From: a virus
Taxonomy: Duplodnaviria > Caudoviricetes
Virus record (IMG/VR): IMGVR_UViG_3300009161_000223
Coordinates: 1-24,368 of that record
Strand: one strand, 5' to 3'
DNA: 24,368 nt
In this document: piece by piece, positions 1 through 8,313 of the stretch
Numbering within the stretch: position 1 is the first letter of the stretch
How the letters are laid out: each line of letters opens with the position of its first letter
Made by a program: the position numbers and the translations under genes
Notes under the pieces: generated by a model
The model's database searches: none
Told to the model about the DNA's origin: nothing
What the model saw: the letters and a program-made list of their open reading frames with translations, nothing else

Positions 1-1423
1 AAATTTCATATTTAATGAATACATTATACAAATTTCCAATGGCCAAATTACCAACTGAAATTGGGTCTCCGTTTTTAGGATATATCACATCACCTTTTAT
101 ATTAAATGATTTACCATTTATATGACAATCGTTATATTTATCTGTTTTTAATATGATTTTGTCTTCCGCTTTTGGTATGTTTGCAACCGTTATAAATGGT
201 AAATATCCAGGTAATATAAACGATGAATTTGTTGACATTATATTTTTATGAGAAGATACTGGTATTAAAGGTATTTTTTTAGCTTTATCTTCATAGTAAA
301 AAGAATCAATTACTCCTTTTTTATAATTTTGTATAATTTTTGAAGCATCCATAATTTTTAATATAAATTTAAAAGAAATATATGGGTCTTTTGAAACATT
401 TGTATCTTTTTCATTTTCATTAATTACTCCCCAATTAAATAATTCAGTTCTAAGAAATTCAGTAGGAAAATCTTCTTTAGTTAATTTACCTAAATTTAAA
501 TCCGATGCAATAACATTCAACCATTGTTGATAATCAGTATCAGTAACTAATGAGGCTCTTGATATTTTTCCAGTTGGTGATGATTGTTTTAATGGAACCC
601 ACATTTGTAATTCATTACCGGATGATATCTCTAATTGAATATTAAATGAACCATCGGTATCAGGACTAAATTTAAAATTTGTTAACTTTCCTGCAAAATA
701 ATCGTAATTATAATTTGTAGCTTTTAATATCTCCAAATATCTTTCTTTTGATTGTTTATATGCATTATCATTGTGTGAAAATATTTCTATAAATCTTTTT
801 TCCCATGCTTTATATCCTTTACCTACAAAAAAATGTTGGTCTATTTGATTATAATACTCACCACGAATATCAGTATTATATCCAAATTCTAAAACAATAT
901 CCATAGATGGTCTTAAAAAAAACAATTCAAACATTTCTAATTGTTTTAATGTAAATACTCTTACATTTACTTTTGCTGTTTTTAATGTATTATTATTACC
1001 ATCACTATCTATGTCTATTGATTCTATAATTGGTGTAGATACTCTTCTATTTTCTTCTCCTTCTACAACTATTGGTTTTCCATTTAAATCATATCCTGCA
1101 ATAGTTTGACCTGTTTGATACATATTTTTTATATCAGTAGTATTACTAATAACACATCCATAATATGCATCAGCATGATTATCTAATGCACCTGGTGATT
1201 TAATAAGGTTTTTAATACTTTTAATTCTGCTTTTTATTTCACCGGATGTTTTTACAACCATAGCTCCGGTACTTAATATTGCAAAGGGAGATAGTGTTGA
1301 AACATTATTCCAACCTGCTGCAGAACCTGGTGTTTTAACATCTGTCGGTGTATTAGCTAATTCTCTCGCTTCTAATTTTTTCCTTACTTCTTCTTTTATT
1401 GGAGCTATAAATGGAAATCCCAT
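1..1423 (-). CDS. Baseplate hub-like tail protein (gp27/gpD-like), 3' end beyond the left edge
   Basis: Not in the ORF track. ATG at 1421-1423 gives MGFPFIAPIKEEVRKKLEARE..., and I found no in-frame stop down to position 2 (>470 aa). Contains KTAKVNVRVFTLKQLEMFELFFLRPSMDIVLEFG and NYDYFAGKLTNFKFSPDTDGSFNIQLEIS. Follows the TMP, tube initiator and LysM genes, where hub proteins usually lie. Confidence 0.65.
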   Translation of the reverse strand, partial: MGFPFIAPIKEEVRKKLEARELANTPTDVKTPGSAAGWNNVSTLSPFAILSTGAMVVKTSGEIKSRIKSIKNLIKSPGALDNHADAYYGCVISNTTDIKNMYQTGQTIAGYDLNGKPIVVEGEENRRVSTPIIESIDIDSDGNNNTLKTAKVNVRVFTLKQLEMFELFFLRPSMDIVLEFGYNTDIRGEYYNQIDQHFFVGKGYKAWEKRFIEIFSHNDNAYKQSKERYLEILKATNYNYDYFAGKLTNFKFSPDTDGSFNIQLEISSGNELQMWVPLKQSSPTGKISRASLVTDTDYQQWLNVIASDLNLGKLTKEDFPTEFLRTELFNWGVINENEKDTNVSKDPYISFKFILKIMDASKIIQNYKKGVIDSFYYEDKAKKIPLIPVSSHKNIMSTNSSFILPGYLPFITVANIPKAEDKIILKTDKYNDCHINGKSFNIKGDVIYPKNGDPISVGNLAIGNLYNVFIKYEI

Positions 1424-1426
1424 AAC

Positions 1427-1729
1427 TTATTTATTTATTTTTTCTAAATCATTTAATATTTGTGAAACATTTGATGGTATTCTCATTTGTATACCAGGTT
1501 CAATTGATAAAGATGCGTCATTTAAATTATTTGCGACTGCTATAATCCACCATAAACTTTGGTCATTATAATATTTACTTGCCAAAATATCCAATCTATC
1601 ACTTTGTTGTGATATAACATACATATCATTATCGTTTGGTTTTATTTTTGGATATATAACACTACCTAAATATTTTTTCTTTGTATATTTGTTAGTTAAT
1701 GTTGTTGAATATTGGTATCTATTTGGCAT
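1427..1729 (-). CDS. LysM-like baseplate protein (gp53 / P2 gpX-like)
   Basis: 100 aa with SDRLDILASKYYNDQSLWWIIAVANNL...IEPGIQMRIP, a LysM/tail-X signature; lies between the tube-initiator-like and hub-like genes. Confidence 0.85.
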   Translation of the reverse strand: MPNRYQYSTTLTNKYTKKKYLGSVIYPKIKPNDNDMYVISQQSDRLDILASKYYNDQSLWWIIAVANNLNDASLSIEPGIQMRIPSNVSQILNDLEKINK

Positions 1730-1742
1730 AAATTATTTTTTA

Positions 1743-3305
1743 TTATAAACCAGATGTTATTGGATTTTTGTATATTATACCTTTTCTTAAATCTTTTTCA
1801 ATTTCAAATGTTGTATCTTTAATTGTCGTTGATTTTGAAAATAATGAATGGTCAAGTCCATTTTTATCTATTTTTGATGTTGAACGTGTTACTTTTTTAT
1901 TAACTTTTTTAGCGGTATTAGTTGGTTTTGGTGGTTCATCTTTTTTAGTCTCTTGGCCAGTCTCAAGTGGTTTTAATGGGTCGGACTTTTTTTGTGTTAA
2001 TTCTTCTGTTTCTAATATATTATAATTTCCATAATTACTCATATCTTCCAATCCGTCAAAATTATATCTATATCTTGTTATATTATCTTTAAACTCAGTT
2101 TTATGATTTTCAATGATTTTCATACTAATACTTACTGTAACTACGGATGGGTACATTGTTGTATGTCCATATGAAGAAAAATCAGCAAAGACTTCATGTG
2201 CTTCTATTGTTGGCCAAGTAATATTATCATCAACTGTAAAACTTAATGTTTCAATAAATCCAAACATATTTTTATACATATCTCCAATTGATAAATAAAA
2301 TAAATTTGGAGAAAATGCATATTGTGATGAAGGGCCATTATCCTTTCCGTCTTTATAAGTAAATTGTGCAATATGTTCATATGGAAATGCTAATGATTTT
2401 AAATAATTTATTTTTTTAATCATTGTACCCTTTTCACCAATACCTGTATAATATAATTGTAAATTAAATGTTAAAGTTCTTTCTACTCCCTGATATCTAT
2501 AAGTTTTAAATGGAGACCCTAAATATTTAAAATTAGTCCATTCAGGTGTAACATCTTCTGATATACCACTTATAGTTCCTACAAATGGAATTGTTTCGTT
2601 ATTTCCTAATTTTTTAAATGTAATTAATAATTGATTTAGAGGGATGTTATCATAAATACTTTTGTCAGATGATTTTTCTAGTTTATTATATTCTTCATTA
2701 CTTTTATCCCAACTTTTAAAACCATCAGCTCTTTTTTCAATTCCAGTTACAACCCAACTTTTAGGGCCATTTTGTTCTTGTAAACTATATGTTTCATGGA
2801 ATCCTGAAAATGTTTTGGTTTCAGCTAAAGTTTGTCCATTTATAGTAGTTTGATATTTCTGACCATATGGTGAACCCTTTGTAGGATTTTTATCTTTTAA
2901 TCCTTTTAATAAATCAATACCAATTTCTGCAATTGTTCCTAATGGATTTGATGCACCTTCTTTTATTTTACCAAGTATAGAAGCTCCTGCAGGTGATTGT
3001 TTTACAAAGTAATTTGTTTTTGCATCTACGGCAGTTCTTAAATTTGCAGGTGTTTTAAATAAAGATATTGGTTTGGCTAAAAAAGAATTATTTTTAAATA
3101 TTGTATCAGATGGTCTATTTGCTGAACCACCTACTGCACCTGCAATTTGATTACCTATTAAGTCACCTAATGAATTTGGAGATGATAAAAGTAATGCTGC
3201 ACCTCTTGGTGGATTGATTAAACCTCTGGTATCAATTCTAATAGCATCGGATTTACCATAGAGTTCTTTCTTTTGATTTTTGAATAAGTCGGATATTGTT
3301 GGCAT
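1743..3305 (-). CDS. Tail tube initiator / baseplate tube-like protein (gp48/gp54-like)
   Basis: 520 aa directly after the tape measure gene. Segment PFVGTISGISEDVTPEWTNFKYLGSPFKTYRYQGVERTLTFNLQLY...PNLFYLSIGDMYKNMFGFIETLSFTV resembles tube-fold baseplate proteins. Confidence 0.65.
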   Translation of the reverse strand: MPTISDLFKNQKKELYGKSDAIRIDTRGLINPPRGAALLLSSPNSLGDLIGNQIAGAVGGSANRPSDTIFKNNSFLAKPISLFKTPANLRTAVDAKTNYFVKQSPAGASILGKIKEGASNPLGTIAEIGIDLLKGLKDKNPTKGSPYGQKYQTTINGQTLAETKTFSGFHETYSLQEQNGPKSWVVTGIEKRADGFKSWDKSNEEYNKLEKSSDKSIYDNIPLNQLLITFKKLGNNETIPFVGTISGISEDVTPEWTNFKYLGSPFKTYRYQGVERTLTFNLQLYYTGIGEKGTMIKKINYLKSLAFPYEHIAQFTYKDGKDNGPSSQYAFSPNLFYLSIGDMYKNMFGFIETLSFTVDDNITWPTIEAHEVFADFSSYGHTTMYPSVVTVSISMKIIENHKTEFKDNITRYRYNFDGLEDMSNYGNYNILETEELTQKKSDPLKPLETGQETKKDEPPKPTNTAKKVNKKVTRSTSKIDKNGLDHSLFSKSTTIKDTTFEIEKDLRKGIIYKNPITSGL

Positions 3306-3323
3306 CGGTGGATATCTATTTAG

Positions 3324-3332
3324 TATAAATAT
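3324..3332 (-). promoter_or_regulatory. Putative late promoter ATATTTATA
   Basis: 18 nt upstream of the ATG at 3305; one of eight copies upstream of genes. Confidence 0.7.
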
Positions 3333-3358
3333 CTTATATAAAAATTATTATTATTTTC

Positions 3359-6331
3359 TTATGTAGTAGGTCGTCTTGCTGATACAGTACGTGTATCCTT
3401 AGTTCTTGAGATACCAAATTGTTTTCTCGATGTTGATTGTAAAGCTTCTAGAACCTTTTTACCATCAACATTCACTGCCAAATATTTTTCTTCATCTAAT
3501 AGTCCATATAATAGTGTGTTGGCTAATCCTAATTGAGCAACCATTTCTTCTTGTAATTTAACAGAATACATAGAATCACTTAATAGTAAACCAGCATTTA
3601 TAGCCTCGTCTATTTGTGCATCAGTTAATAGTAATTCAACTTTTTCTTGTGATTCCACTACCGGTTCGTTTGCACCTGTTATTGAATCTGCGATTGAAGT
3701 GGCTGCCATATACCCAAGCATACCTCCAATAATAGTTCCTACAACAGGCACAACACTACCCGCTGTGGCTCCAATTGCAGCGGCTGCCAGTGCACTACCG
3801 GCTATTCCACCAAGAGCTCCAGCACCAGCTCCTGCTGTGGCTTGGGTGGTCGTTTGTCCTGCATCTTTTCTTTCATTATATTCATATGCAGCAAATAATG
3901 CGGTTAATATACCACCTTTACCTTTTAATGAACTCATTACATTTGAACCAACACGTGCACCATATCCAGGTTTTACTGCTGAAAGTATCGATGGACTTGC
4001 TGCTGTTGTTGCTCCTAAAAGTGGTGATGCACTTCCTGCTATTGCCGGTGCACCCGCTGCTAACCCTTGTCTTGCTGCCAGTATTGCGGCTGCTTGTGTA
4101 CTTCCAGGTGCATACATTACTCCATTTTTAGCTGCAACCCAACCTAGGTTTGCTTTAAATGCGTCTGCAGTTGCTCTAGATACAAATTTACCTGCCGAAT
4201 TGTGTACCATATTTTGGCCAACTAACTTTAATCCGGCAAATTGACTGCCTGCAGTAGCTGCAGTTGTAGCACCTACTTTTGCTGCCGTAGTAGCAATTCC
4301 TGCATTTGTAAGTGCAGTAGTCAATGCCTTACTTAATATTTTTGGGCCTACCCTATACATTACAGCAGCACCGATTAACATAGGTATTGCTGCACCAAAA
4401 CCGGTAGCTACCGATTTCATCATCTCCGTTCTATTCAACGAATTCATTAAATCTTTAAGTCCTTGTGTATTATTTTCTATCGCAGTTTGTCTTGCTTTTT
4501 CAGCGTCAGATTCTAATAATGTTTTTTGTACATCTATCATTGCAGCTGCAACTGCTGAACCTATTGCTTTTGCAGATTCGGCTGCATTTTTAGTTAATAT
4601 AAATTGTTTATTTCCTACTTTTACTTTTTCACCCTCCAATTCACCTCCTGTTCTACCTGTTCTTGTTGCTATTTTTTGTAATGAATTTAAATCTAATCCA
4701 CCAGTTGCATTTTTAAGTGCTTCTTGTTGAAATAGATTCATTTTTGATGGGTCTAATCCTTGTGCTTTTAATGCTTTTATTGCATCTTCCGTTCTACCTG
4801 CTGCAAATAATGCTCTAACTTGTGATAAATCAACTCTTCTACCCAACATTGCTGATAAAGACATTTCGGCTTTAATACTATCTTTGTAGTTTAAAACCAT
4901 ATTTTTACCTGCATTTGCAATATCGGTAAATTTGGTTCCTAATGATGCTGCAAATGTTGCTGCTTTTGCTAATGCGGCCGGTGATTTAAGTTGGTATGAT
5001 AATGCGTCCTTTGAAGCCTCTGCAACATCTTCCATCAATGCTCCCAAATTAACATTGGCTTGTTTTGCCATTGTTCTTAGACCTTCTTCTAAGTTTATTG
5101 CTGTTTCTGCAGATACATTACCTAACCTCATAAAAGTATCTGTGATAGATGCAATACCTTCCGATGTTTGACCTGTTCTAGCTGCTAATATTGCCATATC
5201 TGCTCCGAATTCACCACTTACATTTGAACCCATTGTAGAGGATGCATCTTTCATAGCCGTTGCAATTGTTTCTGCAGCGATTCCGGCCATTTGTAATTGT
5301 GCTGCACCATATCCAACACCACCTAATTTTTCACCAAATAATGCCGTTTTAGATGCTGCTTCAAATTCAATACCCATTTGAGTTACTGTATTTGAAAAAT
5401 CTAGTATTGCACTTTCTTTTACAAAATTTCTACCACCAAATATACCTAAAGTTACTTGTTGATTTATTGCATCAATTTGTCCTTTTAAACCTGCAAGCTT
5501 TTTATCATAACTTGCAATTGTTCCTAATTTATCACCAACAAATCCTAAATCATATGCCATTTTTCCAAGTGCCGCACCTAATGCTGCAAATGCTAATGCT
5601 AATCCCATACCACCTTCTGCAGCTGCTTTAATAACACCACCCAATTCATTCATAGCCGGAATACCGGTTGATGCTGCAGTCTCTAATGCAAACCCCATCC
5701 CCTCCAAATTCTTTTTACTTTTTTCAGCGGCATCTGCAAATGCTTTTAGTCTTTCTTTTTCATTTTCAAGTGTTCTTTTTACTACCTGTGCACTTCTCAA
5801 TTGTGCAGCAGTCATTCCCTCCATTTGACCCTTCAATCTATCAAGCTGTTCTTCCATATCTTCATACCCATCTAATATAGCTTGATTATATTGTGATTGT
5901 GTTATTTGTTGTTTAACTAATTTTTTTGTATTAACTGCTATTGCATTTCCTAAACCTTTATATGCATCTGTTGTTTTAACTACTTGTTTTTTGAAATTTG
6001 TTGCACCAGATAAAGCCGGGCCACTCATCACATCTGATATTGATTTCATAGATACCGACATTCCATCGGAAAGTGAATTCATTGCCTGAAATAACTTATT
6101 AGATTTACCTACAAATACACCCAAACTTTGTACACCTGATGAAAAATCATCAATATTTGCAATTGATTTTTTTAAATTACTATTTATTTTATCAATTGCA
6201 TCTTGTATCTTCTTTAAGGATTCAGCTGATTTACCTTCAGATATGCCTTTGGCCAATTGCTCTTCTAAATCTTCCAATCGTCTATCCGAACCAGACCCTT
6301 TACCTTTTGAATATGTTTTACTTCTAGCCAA
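3359..6331 (-). CDS. Tape measure protein
   Basis: 990 aa, Ala/Gly-rich and helical-looking, with hydrophobic C-terminal stretches (AGSVVPVVGTIIGGMLGYMAATSIAD); canonical position after tube and chaperone. The start codon is TTG (6329-6331). Confidence 0.88.
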   Translation of the reverse strand: MARSKTYSKGKGSGSDRRLEDLEEQLAKGISEGKSAESLKKIQDAIDKINSNLKKSIANIDDFSSGVQSLGVFVGKSNKLFQAMNSLSDGMSVSMKSISDVMSGPALSGATNFKKQVVKTTDAYKGLGNAIAVNTKKLVKQQITQSQYNQAILDGYEDMEEQLDRLKGQMEGMTAAQLRSAQVVKRTLENEKERLKAFADAAEKSKKNLEGMGFALETAASTGIPAMNELGGVIKAAAEGGMGLALAFAALGAALGKMAYDLGFVGDKLGTIASYDKKLAGLKGQIDAINQQVTLGIFGGRNFVKESAILDFSNTVTQMGIEFEAASKTALFGEKLGGVGYGAAQLQMAGIAAETIATAMKDASSTMGSNVSGEFGADMAILAARTGQTSEGIASITDTFMRLGNVSAETAINLEEGLRTMAKQANVNLGALMEDVAEASKDALSYQLKSPAALAKAATFAASLGTKFTDIANAGKNMVLNYKDSIKAEMSLSAMLGRRVDLSQVRALFAAGRTEDAIKALKAQGLDPSKMNLFQQEALKNATGGLDLNSLQKIATRTGRTGGELEGEKVKVGNKQFILTKNAAESAKAIGSAVAAAMIDVQKTLLESDAEKARQTAIENNTQGLKDLMNSLNRTEMMKSVATGFGAAIPMLIGAAVMYRVGPKILSKALTTALTNAGIATTAAKVGATTAATAGSQFAGLKLVGQNMVHNSAGKFVSRATADAFKANLGWVAAKNGVMYAPGSTQAAAILAARQGLAAGAPAIAGSASPLLGATTAASPSILSAVKPGYGARVGSNVMSSLKGKGGILTALFAAYEYNERKDAGQTTTQATAGAGAGALGGIAGSALAAAAIGATAGSVVPVVGTIIGGMLGYMAATSIADSITGANEPVVESQEKVELLLTDAQIDEAINAGLLLSDSMYSVKLQEEMVAQLGLANTLLYGLLDEEKYLAVNVDGKKVLEALQSTSRKQFGISRTKDTRTVSARRPTT

Positions 6332-6342
6332 TTGTAATTAAA

Positions 6343-6603
6343 TTAGGCGTTTTTTAATCCGTATTTTTTTATCATTGCATCTATGTGACTAGTGTCTAAT
6401 CCCAATGATTGTAAATCTCTTTTTTGTTGTTGCATACTTTTTGACAACTTATCATCATAATCAGACCATACATCTGCTAAATCAGGGTCAGCTTTACGAA
6501 GTTTCTGAAGCCATTGACTTTCTCTTCCGTCAGCTTTCGCTTGGAAAAAACTTTTGAAAAAATCCATTAAACCGGCTTCTCTAACTAATATTTTTTTACG
6601 CAT
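6343..6603 (-). CDS. Hypothetical 86-aa protein
   Basis: Clean ATG..TAA ORF filling the gap between chaperone and TMP, preceded by the recurrent ATATTTATA motif (6622-6630). Confidence 0.8.
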   Translation of the reverse strand: MRKKILVREAGLMDFFKSFFQAKADGRESQWLQKLRKADPDLADVWSDYDDKLSKSMQQQKRDLQSLGLDTSHIDAMIKKYGLKNA

Positions 6604-6621
6604 ATGTATTGATTTATCTTA

Positions 6622-6630
6622 TATAAATAT
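6622..6630 (-). promoter_or_regulatory. Putative late promoter ATATTTATA
   Basis: 18 nt upstream of the ATG at 6603. Confidence 0.7.
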
Positions 6631-6644
6631 AACATTATTTCAAT

Positions 6645-6870
6645 TTACCTCTTTCTAGCTTTAGATGATGGATTATTTGATTTATATACCCTTTCTGCTG
6701 ATTTTTTCTCCTCTTCTTTAGTCTTTAATAATTCTCTAAAGTAGAACTCTCGAAACTTAATAGGCATGGTATATAGGTCTGTCCAATTGAATCCACCATT
6801 TGCATAGTAGAGTAATTGAAATAACTTTTGATGTAATAAAGTAGAATGATTAATCGGCAGGGTAAAAAAA
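6645..6870 (-). CDS. Tail assembly chaperone C-terminal extension (GT-like), probably reached by frameshift
   Basis: Overlaps the end of 6850..7677 in the +1 frame across a U7 run (6864-6870). Sequence LHQKLFQLLYYANGGFNWTDLYTMPIKFREFYFRELLKTKEEE resembles the small ORFs that follow gp26/gp51-like genes; no convincing start of its own. Confidence 0.7.
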
Positions 6871-7677
6871 GTCAACCCCAAAAGGTATACGAAGTGCCTC
6901 CGTTTCACCCGTAATCAACGATTCATAATCAAATGTTAAATCTAAATCAGGAGTAATTTCAGATATATGTTTTCTAAGTGCTTTTGAATCTGCTGCTAAT
7001 AACTGATTTGTAACAAAACTATTTATATATCCAATATCTCTTGTTCCGTTTACTTCAACAATAAGTCTTCTATATCTAGTTGTAATTTCGTTACTTTGTT
7101 TTAAAGTTTTTTCAGATGCTTCAATATCTCTTGCAATTGCAATCTCATCACCATGTGTCAATAATTTAAACTTAATTGGTGTTTTTGATTTTGGAAGTAT
7201 AAATTCGTATTCGTTATCTCTATTTAATTTAGATTCGTCAACTTCTTTTATCTTAATTTTAGATAAGTCAATTGTAACATTCACCTGTTCGTTATCTGCA
7301 GGGTCATTAACTGTTACATCGTATTCAGTACCAAATGCTAATATTCTAGATGAAATTAAGATTGCGTTTTTATCACCCAATACCAAATCATTAATATTTA
7401 CTCCTGGTTCAACTACTACTGATTCCAATAACTTATCTAAATGAAGTCCTTTACGAATTAAATTTTGATTTGTAATAATGTCCTCTTCTTTTGCAGTCAT
7501 CAATTTGATTGTAACCTCTCCTTTTGATAGAGGATTACTTTCTGCATATACCAATCCTTTTGATGGTAAAGAAATAATTTCCGTTGGGAATTGAAATGAT
7601 TTTTGTGTTTGAGTTGGTTGTGTACCTAATCCTCTTGTAACTTGTTGTTCGACTTGTTGTTCTATGTTTTTTTCCAT
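6850..7677 (-). CDS. Baseplate hub assembly / tail assembly chaperone (T4 gp26/gp51-like)
   Basis: 275 aa with a duplicated motif (ISLPSKGLVY...VTIKLMTAKEEDII and FILPKSKTPIKFKLLTHGDE) ending PFGVDFFYPAD; lies between tail tube and TMP. Confidence 0.8.
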   Translation of the reverse strand: MEKNIEQQVEQQVTRGLGTQPTQTQKSFQFPTEIISLPSKGLVYAESNPLSKGEVTIKLMTAKEEDIITNQNLIRKGLHLDKLLESVVVEPGVNINDLVLGDKNAILISSRILAFGTEYDVTVNDPADNEQVNVTIDLSKIKIKEVDESKLNRDNEYEFILPKSKTPIKFKLLTHGDEIAIARDIEASEKTLKQSNEITTRYRRLIVEVNGTRDIGYINSFVTNQLLAADSKALRKHISEITPDLDLTFDYESLITGETEALRIPFGVDFFYPAD

Positions 7678-7720
7678 AATAAAATATAACTTTGTGTTTA
7701 ATAATATATATACACTTTTT

Positions 7721-7756
7721 AAAAAAATAAAAGGGATACTTTGTGGGTATCCCTTT
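7721..7756 (-). terminator. Rho-independent terminator after the tail tube gene
   Basis: 10-bp stem AAAGGGATAC (7730-7739) / GTATCCCTTT (7747-7756), 7-nt loop, followed on the minus strand by TTATTTTTTT. Confidence 0.85.
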
Positions 7757-7778
7757 CGTTTATTATTTTTAGTCTAAA

Positions 7779-8267
7779 TTAGAATTCTAAGATAGCGTAA
7801 TCATATGATAATGTTAATTCGATTGAAACTGGGTCATTTGAACTCCAATCTAAATCACCAAAGTTTGCTGAGTTGATAAATGCACCTTTTAAAGTCCATT
7901 GTTCTACCTTATCACCTACTGGGCCTAAGATATAGAATGTGATATCTTTTTTGTAGAATGCAGCATATCCATCTCTACCTGTCAATGACTCATGTGATTG
8001 TCTAACCCACTCCATAACTTGTTGTGCACCTGATGGTACAATTGGGTCATAAAGAGTAATGTTTACATCATCCCATGTAGATTTTCCTTTAATCTTTCTT
8101 TTTACATTGATATGGTCTAATTCAACAACTTCCGATGTGAATGTTGGTCTACTTGCAGTTTTAACGATATATGATTCTATACCGTTAATTTCCATAATGA
8201 ATCTATTACTTAACTTAGGTTCAAAGTTCTTATAGAAAATTTTATCAAACTCTAATATTTCTGGCAT
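7779..8267 (-). CDS. gp19: Tail tube protein (T4 gp19-like)
   Basis: 162 aa: FEPKLSNRF...KGKSTWDDVNITLYDPIVPSGAQQVMEWVR...YKKDITFYILGPVGDKVEQWTLKGAF...IELTLSYDYA; directly after the sheath gene. Confidence 0.93.
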   Translation of the reverse strand: MPEILEFDKIFYKNFEPKLSNRFIMEINGIESYIVKTASRPTFTSEVVELDHINVKRKIKGKSTWDDVNITLYDPIVPSGAQQVMEWVRQSHESLTGRDGYAAFYKKDITFYILGPVGDKVEQWTLKGAFINSANFGDLDWSSNDPVSIELTLSYDYAILEF

Positions 8268-8292
8268 TTTACTTTATTTTTTAATTCTTTTA

Positions 8293-8301
8293 TATAAATA
8301 T
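8293..8301 (-). promoter_or_regulatory. Putative late promoter ATATTTATA
   Basis: 25 nt upstream of the tail tube ATG. Confidence 0.7.
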
Positions 8302-8313
8302 CTATTTCTTAAA

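Noticed and set aside
7699-7712. Late motif variant upstream of the chaperone gene (taataatatatata)
   Set aside because: Too degenerate to distinguish from AT-rich background, although its position after a terminator is suggestive.
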